A stretch of DNA of 64,000 nt from the NCBI GenBank assembly GCA_034003585.1, contig JAVEYH010000006.1, positions 10,177-74,176 of the forward strand, read 5' to 3'. Each line of letters begins with the position of its first letter. Position 1 is the first letter of the stretch. Source of the DNA: Kiritimatiellia bacterium. Lineage in GTDB: Bacteria > Verrucomicrobiota > Kiritimatiellia > RFP12 > UBA1067. This document shows positions 40,399 through 48,497 of the stretch, in pieces. Under the pieces are notes generated by a model that worked only from the letters and a program-made list of their open reading frames with translations, made no database searches and had not been told where the DNA came from. Both the position numbers and the translations under genes were made by a program.

Positions 40399-40893
40399 AT
40401 GATCAGTAAGAAAATGACCCAAGAGATCAACGCGCAGATCAACCGCGAATTCTATTCGGCGTTTTTGTACCTCGCCATGGCGCATGACGCGATGGACAAG
40501 GGGTTCAAGGGCGCCGCCAACTGGTTCACCATCCAGTTCCAGGAGGAGCAGGGGCACGCGATGAAATTCGCGAAGTATCTGGAGGACCAGGGCGCGAAGG
40601 TCAAACTGGCGGCGATGGACAAGCCGAAGACCGAGTGGAAGGATCTGCTCGCGATGTTCCAGGACGCGCTGGCGCATGAGAAAAAGGTCACCGCCTGGAT
40701 CTGCGGTATTCAGGACCTCGCGGTGGCCGAAAAGGATTACGCCACGCAGAACATGCTGAAGTGGTTCATCGATGAGCAGGTCGAGGAAGAGGCCAGCGCC
40801 TCGGATGTGATCTGGATGCTCGAAATGAGCGCGGGCTCCAAGGGCGCGCTGTTCATGGCGGACCGGACGCTTGGCAAGCGCAAGGACGACTGA
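40399..40893 (+). CDS. ftnA: Non-heme ferritin
   Basis: QINREFYSAFLYLAM, EEQGHAMK, HEKKVT, DYAT..L.WFIDEQVEEE ferroxidase residues. Confidence 0.93.
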   Translation: MISKKMTQEINAQINREFYSAFLYLAMAHDAMDKGFKGAANWFTIQFQEEQGHAMKFAKYLEDQGAKVKLAAMDKPKTEWKDLLAMFQDALAHEKKVTAWICGIQDLAVAEKDYATQNMLKWFIDEQVEEEASASDVIWMLEMSAGSKGALFMADRTLGKRKDD

Positions 40894-40932
40894 TCGGCGG
40901 CAAAACAACTTCCGCCGCGGCGCGGCGGAGGC

Positions 40933-40964
40933 AAGGGGGCGCGGCCCGCGGGCCGCGCCCTTTT
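40933..40964. terminator. Bidirectional intrinsic terminator between ftnA and nudC
   Basis: aa-gg-gggcgcggcc-cgcg-ggccgcgccc-tttt between convergent genes. Confidence 0.75.
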
Positions 40965-41701
40965 CATGCCGAGAAGAAGGTGTCGATCAGGCGGCGGGCG
41001 ATGCTGACGCGCGACGGGATCGGCGGCAGACCATCGCATCCGAACCAGCCGGCCTCGGCGATCTCCCCGCCGTCGGGAAGAATCTCGCCGCCATCGTACG
41101 CCGCGGTGAATCCGATCATCAGGTTGTTGGGATAGGCCCAGGGCTGGCTGGCGGCATAGCGGATGTCGCGCACGCGCAGGCCGACCTCTTCGCGCACTTC
41201 GCGCCGGACGGTCTGCTCCAAAGTCTCCCCTGCCTCTACGAACCCGGCGATCAGGCTCCAAAAGGGGTACAGATTCCCGGCTTTCCGCGCGAGCAGTACT
41301 TCGCGCCCCCGGTGAATCAAGGTGATCACCACCGGATTGATCCGGGGATAAGCGAGATGCCCGCAGGCCGGGCAGCGCATGGCGCGCTCGGCGGGGTGGC
41401 GCTCCAGCGGCCCGGCGCACACGCCGCAGAAGCGGTGCGTCCGGCGCCAGTGCAGGAGTTGCCGGGCCATGCCCGCGTTCTGCGAGGTTTCGGCGGGCGC
41501 CAGATCGAACAGCTCGCGCAGCCCGATGGGCTCGGCGCCGGGGGCGGGCGCGGATTCCGCCTCCGCGGCCCAGGTGCCGTCCGGCAACGGTTCGACCGGC
41601 ACGATCCGCGCGTTCGGGTCCGCGTCGAACAGCCACTCGGTTCCGGCGGTCGAGCGCCGGACCCACAACCGCTCCTCCCGGAAACAAAGGCAGCGTTTCA
41701 T
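40964..41701 (-). CDS. nudC: NAD(+) diphosphatase
   Basis: HRFCGVCA..CPACG zinc ribbon, YPRINP, AGFVEAGETLEQTVRREVREEVG, SQPWAYP, LMIGF. Confidence 0.92.
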   Translation of the reverse strand: MKRCLCFREERLWVRRSTAGTEWLFDADPNARIVPVEPLPDGTWAAEAESAPAPGAEPIGLRELFDLAPAETSQNAGMARQLLHWRRTHRFCGVCAGPLERHPAERAMRCPACGHLAYPRINPVVITLIHRGREVLLARKAGNLYPFWSLIAGFVEAGETLEQTVRREVREEVGLRVRDIRYAASQPWAYPNNLMIGFTAAYDGGEILPDGGEIAEAGWFGCDGLPPIPSRVSIARRLIDTFFSA

Positions 41702-43656
41702 GCGTGCGGTTTCCGGATCTGGCTGCGGATGGCCTCCGTCAGCGTTTCCGCGTCCGTGGCGTCGAGCCGCGCCAGGATGAGCTGCCAGCGGTAGGCGAGA
41801 CTGCCTGCCGGATCGACCGGGCGGTGTTTAAACAGCTTGTCGAACGCGCGGCGCCGCCGGCGGTACTCCTGCTGCACCGCCTCGAACCGCTGCCGGAACG
41901 ACGCGAGGTAGGTTTCGGTGAAGGCTTCCGGATTGGGCATGAACGCAATGCGCTTGGTCACGGGCTTCGCATAGGCCCCTGCCATCCGCTCCAGCGGCTC
42001 CTCGTAAAGGGTGAAGGCGCCGGTATGGTCCGAGACGATCAGCCGTTCCGGCATTCCCGCCTGATCCAGCGTGATCACCTCGTCGCCGTCATCAAAAAGA
42101 ACCTGCCGCCCCGCATTGGCCCGGCCGACCACGCAGTTGACCGCGGCGGCCTCGCCCAGCAGCCGGGCCAGAAGCAGATTGAATTCCGGGTTCGCGTAGT
42201 GCCGGGTCAGGATCTTGTCGGTCACCCGTCCGGGAATGTAACGGCGCTCGAAGTACACGGTCCAGCACTTGGCGCCCTGGTACAGGGGGTTCGGGCCGGC
42301 ATACAGGATCGGCATCCGGCCGGTCGAGACTTTCTCGGGCAGGTTCATGCCGAGCTGGCGGCACCCGAGGCGGCGGTCGAGCACGTAGTCGGTATAATCC
42401 ACCGCTTCCATGATCGAGCGGATCATGTCCTTGCCTTCGTCCAAGTGCTCGCAGACCCCCCATTTCTGGAAACGCAGGATGCGGAGTTCCGGATTGGGGT
42501 TTCCGGTTTCCTTGATCTGCACGATGTAGACGTTGGTGCGGTGTCCGTTGGCCGGCGCGCGCGTGGACAGGGAACGCGTGATGCGTCCGACATTGATGAA
42601 TTCGATGGTGCCGAACTCCCGCACGTAATTGAAGATGATCTCTTTGGCCCGCGGATCGCAGAAGGTCCGCAGTTCGGCGTCCTCCGGCATCAGGTCCAAC
42701 TCCTCGTAGACCGGATCGAAGATCAGTTCGCCCTCCTCGATCCGGCATCCCGGCAGCCACTCGATCTGCATGTGGAATTCGGGGGCCATGCCGTCCGGGA
42801 GGTCTTGGGTGGCCACCGCGTTCGGCTGGTGGATGAGCGTGGAGCAGAGCCGGTTGCGCCAATCGAGGTTCTCGAACGTTTCCTCGCGGAGTTCGACCGG
42901 GACGGCCTCGCGGAAAACCGCGAGTAGCTTCCGGTAGGCGGCGCGCAGCGCCCCGATTTCGAGGCCCTCGGCGTTCAGGGCCTCGAACGCCTGACGGGTG
43001 AAGGCGCAGCCCGCGGGGAAGATGTCGATTTCCGGGTACCCGAAGCGGTTGCGCAATGCGCTGTAGTTCGCGATCTCGGCGAGGTGCTTGCGGAACACGT
43101 CGTCCGGCCGCGTCCCCAGCCAGTCAAACGTTTCCAGCGTCAGAAAGCGTGTGCCTGTGGCGGAGTTGTAGAAATAGAGCGGCAGGCCGGAAATGGCGGT
43201 CCGCGCCTGGGCGATCAGCCGGTTCATCTCTTCCGGCGAAACCGGAACCCGGCTCATGCGCCAGTTCTCGCCGCGCGCGCGCAGCGCGTTGCGGATGATC
43301 TCGTTCTGCGTGTTGAGAAACCGGATCTTGCGCTTGGAAACCAGCGCCTGAAGCGCCTCGTCCGCCTCAAACGCCAGCTCGATGGCGTAGGGGTCGGGCC
43401 GGATGAGCACGTACTGGTCATCAAACAACAAATCCACCGAGTGCGTGATCTCTTCGTCGCTTTCCGCTTCCGAGAGGGCGGGGGCCCCGGCGGCCTGACG
43501 TTCGCGGTTGAGGTCGCTGAGCCAGGCAAGGCGCTGTGTGGCATGCACGCCGGGCAGCGTGACCAGTCCGGGGGTGCGCAAAAAGAGTGTGCCGATCCGG
43601 GTTTTCAGACGGCCCGTCTCATCCCGCGCGAAGAGCGGTTCGCCAAGACATTTCAT
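41698..43656 (-). CDS. Conserved hypothetical protein (652 aa), possible atypical kinase-like C-terminal half
   Basis: Translationally coupled to folD and nudC by ATGA overlaps; see finding for the kinase-like motifs. Confidence 0.75.
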   Translation of the reverse strand: MKCLGEPLFARDETGRLKTRIGTLFLRTPGLVTLPGVHATQRLAWLSDLNRERQAAGAPALSEAESDEEITHSVDLLFDDQYVLIRPDPYAIELAFEADEALQALVSKRKIRFLNTQNEIIRNALRARGENWRMSRVPVSPEEMNRLIAQARTAISGLPLYFYNSATGTRFLTLETFDWLGTRPDDVFRKHLAEIANYSALRNRFGYPEIDIFPAGCAFTRQAFEALNAEGLEIGALRAAYRKLLAVFREAVPVELREETFENLDWRNRLCSTLIHQPNAVATQDLPDGMAPEFHMQIEWLPGCRIEEGELIFDPVYEELDLMPEDAELRTFCDPRAKEIIFNYVREFGTIEFINVGRITRSLSTRAPANGHRTNVYIVQIKETGNPNPELRILRFQKWGVCEHLDEGKDMIRSIMEAVDYTDYVLDRRLGCRQLGMNLPEKVSTGRMPILYAGPNPLYQGAKCWTVYFERRYIPGRVTDKILTRHYANPEFNLLLARLLGEAAAVNCVVGRANAGRQVLFDDGDEVITLDQAGMPERLIVSDHTGAFTLYEEPLERMAGAYAKPVTKRIAFMPNPEAFTETYLASFRQRFEAVQQEYRRRRRAFDKLFKHRPVDPAGSLAYRWQLILARLDATDAETLTEAIRSQIRKPHA

Positions 43657-44567
43657 GCGTTGGATCCACCGGGTGCGGTGTGCGAGGCGGCCGCGCGCCG
43701 CGCGGCCTCCAGGGTGTTGTGCAGCAGCATGGTGATGGTCATCGGTCCCACGCCTCCGGGAACCGGGGTGATCAGCGAGGCGACGCGGCGGGCGGAATCG
43801 AAGTCCACATCGCCGACAAGGCGGAACCCGCTCGGACGGGAGGGGTCGGGGATGCGGTTCACGCCGACATCGATCACGACGGCGCCGGGCCGGATCATGT
43901 CGCCGGTCACTGTGCCGGGCCGTCCCGCGGCCACCACCAGGATGTCGGCCCGGAGCGTGTGCGCCGCGAGATCGCGCGTGCCGGTGTGGCAGACCGTCAC
44001 CGTGGCGTTGCCGCCCTCGGCTTTGCGCATCAGCAGATGCGCGACCGGTTTGCCCACGATGTTGCTGCGGCCCACCACGACGGCATGCCGGCCCGCGGTC
44101 GGGACGCCGGCCTTCAGTAGCATCCGGATGATGCCGTGCGGGGTGCAGGGCAGATAGCAGGGCTCGCCGAGAATCATGCGCCCGACGTTCGCCGGCGTGA
44201 ACCCGTCCACATCCTTGTCCGGGGAGATCGCGTTGAGGACGTCCGATTCGTCGATATGGCGGGGGAGCGGAAGTTGGACCAGGATGCCGTGAATGCGGGG
44301 ATCCGCGTTCATGCGGTTGACGAGGGCCAGCGCCTCCGCCTGCGTGGTCCCGGCCGGCACGCGCACGTCTTGCGAAACCATGCCCGCCGCCGCACACGCC
44401 TTTTCTTTGGCGGTGACGTAGGAGACGGACGCGGGATCCGCCCCGACCAGGATCACGCCGAGTCCCGGCGTCACGCCGCTTTGCCGTTTGAGTTCCGCCG
44501 TCTCGCGGGCGATCTCCGCCCGCAGTTCCGCGGCCAACACTTTTCCGTCCAGAATTGTCGCTTGCAT
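43653..44567 (-). CDS. folD: Bifunctional methylene-THF dehydrogenase/cyclohydrolase
   Basis: ASVSYVTAKEK, HGILVQLPLP, KDVDGF, PCTPHG, GRSNIVGKP, IDVGVNR, VPGGVGPMTI. Confidence 0.97.
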   Translation of the reverse strand: MQATILDGKVLAAELRAEIARETAELKRQSGVTPGLGVILVGADPASVSYVTAKEKACAAAGMVSQDVRVPAGTTQAEALALVNRMNADPRIHGILVQLPLPRHIDESDVLNAISPDKDVDGFTPANVGRMILGEPCYLPCTPHGIIRMLLKAGVPTAGRHAVVVGRSNIVGKPVAHLLMRKAEGGNATVTVCHTGTRDLAAHTLRADILVVAAGRPGTVTGDMIRPGAVVIDVGVNRIPDPSRPSGFRLVGDVDFDSARRVASLITPVPGGVGPMTITMLLHNTLEAARRAAASHTAPGGSNA

Positions 44568-44642
44568 CGTGCTCCCGTGAGGGGGTTGTTGTCTGTTTCT
44601 TGCCGCCGTCCGTCTCCGGCGGCCGGGGTGCGTGCCGGCCCG

Positions 44643-46160
44643 TCAGTGGGTCAGGCAGTACGTGATGAGGTTCGCGCCGAGACGCAGCGCGTCGGCGGTC
44701 TCGTAGCCGTACGAAAGGGGGTGCTCCTCGCCCTGCCAGCCCGCGGCCAGATCAAACGGACTGTACAGGACCCGGGCCTGCCCGTCCACATTCAGCACTT
44801 CGATCAGCGGGGTCGTGAGGGTGGGGTGACGCGCGCGGGCCGCCAGCGTATAGCGCACCGCATCCAGCTTGAACGGGCCCTGGAGAAAAACCGCATGTCC
44901 GGGCGGGAGCCTGGCGAAGGCGGAGTCGGGCAGGACTTTCTTCATCTCGCGGGAGACCGCTTGGTGGAACTCCTCCAAACCGAGCGAGTTGTCGATCAGC
45001 AGATAGCCTCCCGAGGTGAGGTATCCGCGCAAGGCAAAGGCCTCGGCCGGGTTCAGGGTGAAATCGCTGAGGCCCGAAAGATACAGGAAGCTGTAATCCG
45101 CCAGCGGGTCGGTGTCCAGCTTCACGGTGCGCGTCAGGTAGTTGGCCTTCACGTTGAGCGTCTTTTTCATGAACCGGAGCAGATTGTGCGCGCCGCCGGG
45201 TTCGGTGTTCCACACGCCGTCCGTGCGGATCTGGGCGAACACCACGGGGTCGGCATCGGCCCGCGCGTCCTCCTCGCGGTAGAGTTGCGTTTTGGCGTGC
45301 GCCTGGCCCACACGGAAATATCCCAACGCGTACGCCGTGAGATTGAACCCGAGGCGGAGGGCGGAGGGCGGATCGTAGTAGTCCGCCTGCTCGACCCGTT
45401 CGGGCGCCGTGTTGTCCCACCCCGCGCCGAGACCGTAGGGGGAGAGGACCGCGGCAACCCGCGAGCCGATATGCACGCCGTCCATCACGGGCAGAATCCC
45501 CCGCTGCGTGCGGGTGTCCAGCCGGATCGTGTCGTCAACCATGTGAAAGAGGGGATGGTCAGCCGGCAGGCGGCGGATCTGCGCCTCGGGCAGGATGCGC
45601 CGCAGCTCCGTGAGCGCGGAAGTGTAGAAATAGGGGGAGCCGACCACCGAATCGAACCAAACCATGCCGCCGGCCAGCAGGTAACGCCGGAGCGTCTCCC
45701 GTTCGGCATCAGTGAAGCGCAGCGACCGCCCGCCCGAAAAGTAGAGCACGGGGATCTCCCCCGGTTGCGCGCTGAACCCGGCGAGCGTGACGGACTCGGC
45801 CTTGTATTCGAGGCTGAGATGACGCTGCGCGGCGCGCAGCAGGGCCTGGCAGTCGGCCGGCACCATGTTCCAGTCGAACACCCGTGTGACCTGGCCGTTC
45901 TCCCAGGTGTAGTCGAGGTGGGAACCCCAAATCACCTTGCCGATCAGCGTGGAGGGGCTCGGCGGGCGTTTCTTTTCCGAGCGGCGCAGGGGCGTGGCAG
46001 GCAGGGGCAGGGGCGGCAGGGCCTCGCCGCCCTGGCGCATCTGGGGGGCCGCCCTCGGCGGCAGTCCCACCGGGCGGAGGAAATCGTCCTCGCCCGCCAC
46101 GGACGCGAGCGTCACGCCCAGCACCGCGGCCGCGAGGTGCGGCAGGCCGCCCTTACTCAT
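44643..46160 (-). CDS. Exported protein with two DUF4159 domains
   Basis: Two similar units: PVLYFSG...LRRYLLAGGMVWFD...LPADHPLF and FLYLSG...LRGYLTSGGYLLID...LPPGHAVF, each ending LG.NL. Confidence 0.75.
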   Translation of the reverse strand: MSKGGLPHLAAAVLGVTLASVAGEDDFLRPVGLPPRAAPQMRQGGEALPPLPLPATPLRRSEKKRPPSPSTLIGKVIWGSHLDYTWENGQVTRVFDWNMVPADCQALLRAAQRHLSLEYKAESVTLAGFSAQPGEIPVLYFSGGRSLRFTDAERETLRRYLLAGGMVWFDSVVGSPYFYTSALTELRRILPEAQIRRLPADHPLFHMVDDTIRLDTRTQRGILPVMDGVHIGSRVAAVLSPYGLGAGWDNTAPERVEQADYYDPPSALRLGFNLTAYALGYFRVGQAHAKTQLYREEDARADADPVVFAQIRTDGVWNTEPGGAHNLLRFMKKTLNVKANYLTRTVKLDTDPLADYSFLYLSGLSDFTLNPAEAFALRGYLTSGGYLLIDNSLGLEEFHQAVSREMKKVLPDSAFARLPPGHAVFLQGPFKLDAVRYTLAARARHPTLTTPLIEVLNVDGQARVLYSPFDLAAGWQGEEHPLSYGYETADALRLGANLITYCLTH

Positions 46161-48234
46161 GGGTTCCCTCCTGGTTTGCGCGTTCGATCTCATGCAACAG
46201 CTCGCGCGCCTCAATCTCCTCCCGGGTCCACGCACTCTCCTTCCGGATCCGCGCGATCTGGCGCCGTGCGGGCAGGATCTCCCCCTGCCGCGCGTGCAAC
46301 CGCGCCAGCTCCAGCCGCACCCGCGGCGTATACGTCTCATCCAAACCCGCTTGCAGCGTGCGCTGGAGGCAGACGATGGCCTTGCGCGGCTGACCGTTTC
46401 CCGCGAGCGCCTGGGCCTTGAGGAGGTTGATGCGCGGCGAGGCCCGCTCTTCGGGCCACTCCCACTCCAGCATGTCCACCTCGGTCAGACTTTCGCGGTA
46501 CCGGCCTTGCCGCAACAGATTCTCGATCCGAAAGGAGCGACCATAATAGTCGAACAAAGCCTTTTTGTCTATGCCGGAGGCGCTGAGGAGCGCGCGCGCC
46601 CCGGGGATCGCCGCAAGCTGCTTCAGGGCCGTGGTGACGTCATCGAGAACCAGCGCGGCATCCGCCAGATAAATGTCCAGCAGCCGCGGTTCCCAATCCC
46701 GGAGATCCTCGCGCCGGATCGCGCTCAGGAGCGCGCGGGCCTCTTCCGGACGGTTGAGGCAAAGCGTGAGCATCCCGCCGTAGTGCAGGGCCGCGGAGGC
46801 CCGCACGTTCGCCTCGCCCGTTTTGTCGATCAGCATGCGGAAACAGCGTTCGGCCAGCCCGTAAGACTCCCCCGCCTGCTGCACGCCGAGGGCCAGTTGC
46901 GTCAGGGCCGCGTCGCGGTCGGCGGGCGGCATCCGGTCTGCGGCGGCGAGCACGCGGCCGCCAAAGTCGGCGGCCTCGCTTTCCCGGAGGAAAAAGAAGA
47001 GAAGATCCGTGATAAGCGCGTAACCCTGCGGCTGGATCCCGGTCTCGCGCTCCTGACGCACGGCGCGCTCCAGCAGGGCCAGGGTGCGGGCATCGTCGTT
47101 CTCGTCCTGGCCGTAACGGGGGGCGACGGGAACGCGCTGCCGGCACACGGAGACCTTGTTGCCGGCGGAAGTCACGCGGAGTGTGACCGGAACCTCCGCT
47201 TGTGCGAAGTAGAGGTGCTCGGCGGCCGGACCCGCGGCGCCAACACGGTTGTCGCCGAAATCCCAGGCGTAGGCGGGGGGGGTGCCCCGGCCGGCCGGCG
47301 CGGCCTCAAACGCGAAGTCGTGCAGCGATCGGCCGTTCAGCGTTACCATGTGGCGGTTCTCCCAGAGGAAATCGGCCGGGCGCGAACCGTCCCGCGCCAG
47401 GAGCGGACCCACCCGTGCGTATGCGGCCGGAGAAAAAAATTCCGGCCCGATCACGGTGTGGCGCGTGCCGCCCGGTGGGATGATGGCGGCCACGGCAAAA
47501 GACTCGGCGCCGCTGTTGGCGTGAAGGTAGGTGAAGCGGTGGGTGCCGGGTTCGAGCCGGACACTGCCGCGGTGGCGCCCGTCCACCCCCTCATGGGCCG
47601 GATGACGGCCGGGCCACGAAACGACCGGAGTTGCGTTGACGAACAAAAACGAGGCGTCGGAGGAGACGGTGCAGAACTGCGTGACGCCGCGGTTCGTGAC
47701 CGTCAGAAACCCCTCATACCGGTGCAGCGTGTTGGAGTTGGGGCCGAAGGGGTTGAAGGCGTCGAAGACATTCGCGGCGAACCTCCCCCCCAGAAACGGC
47801 GCGGCGGCCCACAGGCTCTGAAACTGCTCCGCCGTGGCCACCGCCCGGCCGTCGTAGCGCCGCGCAAGGTGGCGCAGTCCCGATCGAATCGGCCCCTCCG
47901 GTTGCGGCGGCGGCTCGGTGGAGGACGGGTAAAGCAGCAGGCGCTCACCGGGTTCGGCGTCGAAATGGATCGCGAAGCGGCTCCCCTCGCGGTGAAGCAG
48001 GCGGACCGGCCGCCGCGCGCCGCGCGCGTCAAACAAAGTGAACCCGGTGAAGCGGTCATCGAGGAAGAGCGTTGTGGTCGCCGTGAGGCCGTTGCCGCCG
48101 CTGCCCTCCACCTGCAGTTCCCGGCGGCACTCCGCCGCCGGGTCATGCCAAGCCGTCTCGGCCCCCCGCGCGGATGGCGGTCCGACCGCGAACCGGATGG
48201 CGAAACCCAATAAAAACGGAAACACCCTGCGCAC
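46153..48234 (-). CDS. Exported PA14-like + PKD + TPR protein
   Basis: YEGFL..SSDASFLFVN..VRLEPGTH (PA14-like), YAWDFGD..EHLY (PKD), C-terminal TPR-like helices; start codon uncertain (GTG 48234 chosen). Confidence 0.6.
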   Translation of the reverse strand: MRRVFPFLLGFAIRFAVGPPSARGAETAWHDPAAECRRELQVEGSGGNGLTATTTLFLDDRFTGFTLFDARGARRPVRLLHREGSRFAIHFDAEPGERLLLYPSSTEPPPQPEGPIRSGLRHLARRYDGRAVATAEQFQSLWAAAPFLGGRFAANVFDAFNPFGPNSNTLHRYEGFLTVTNRGVTQFCTVSSDASFLFVNATPVVSWPGRHPAHEGVDGRHRGSVRLEPGTHRFTYLHANSGAESFAVAAIIPPGGTRHTVIGPEFFSPAAYARVGPLLARDGSRPADFLWENRHMVTLNGRSLHDFAFEAAPAGRGTPPAYAWDFGDNRVGAAGPAAEHLYFAQAEVPVTLRVTSAGNKVSVCRQRVPVAPRYGQDENDDARTLALLERAVRQERETGIQPQGYALITDLLFFFLRESEAADFGGRVLAAADRMPPADRDAALTQLALGVQQAGESYGLAERCFRMLIDKTGEANVRASAALHYGGMLTLCLNRPEEARALLSAIRREDLRDWEPRLLDIYLADAALVLDDVTTALKQLAAIPGARALLSASGIDKKALFDYYGRSFRIENLLRQGRYRESLTEVDMLEWEWPEERASPRINLLKAQALAGNGQPRKAIVCLQRTLQAGLDETYTPRVRLELARLHARQGEILPARRQIARIRKESAWTREEIEARELLHEIERANQEGTHE

Positions 48235-48497
48235 GCTGACCCGCCCCCTGAACGGTGTGCGGACAAACCCTCCCGTTTGCCCGATGCACGGTATGATGCG
48301 CCATCCTCCGGCTAAAGCCAAGGGATCATTTTCGGGACTGACCCGGATTCCCCCCGCCGGGCGGCATCGCGCTGTTCGCGAACGGAACCGGTTCATCCAG
48401 GAAAGCCGCCCCGCGCCGCGATTGTTTGTCAGCGCCCGCGGTTTCTGGTTTAATATCCTCTTTTTCGCGACCCGCAACCTGTAAACCCGGACTTTTT

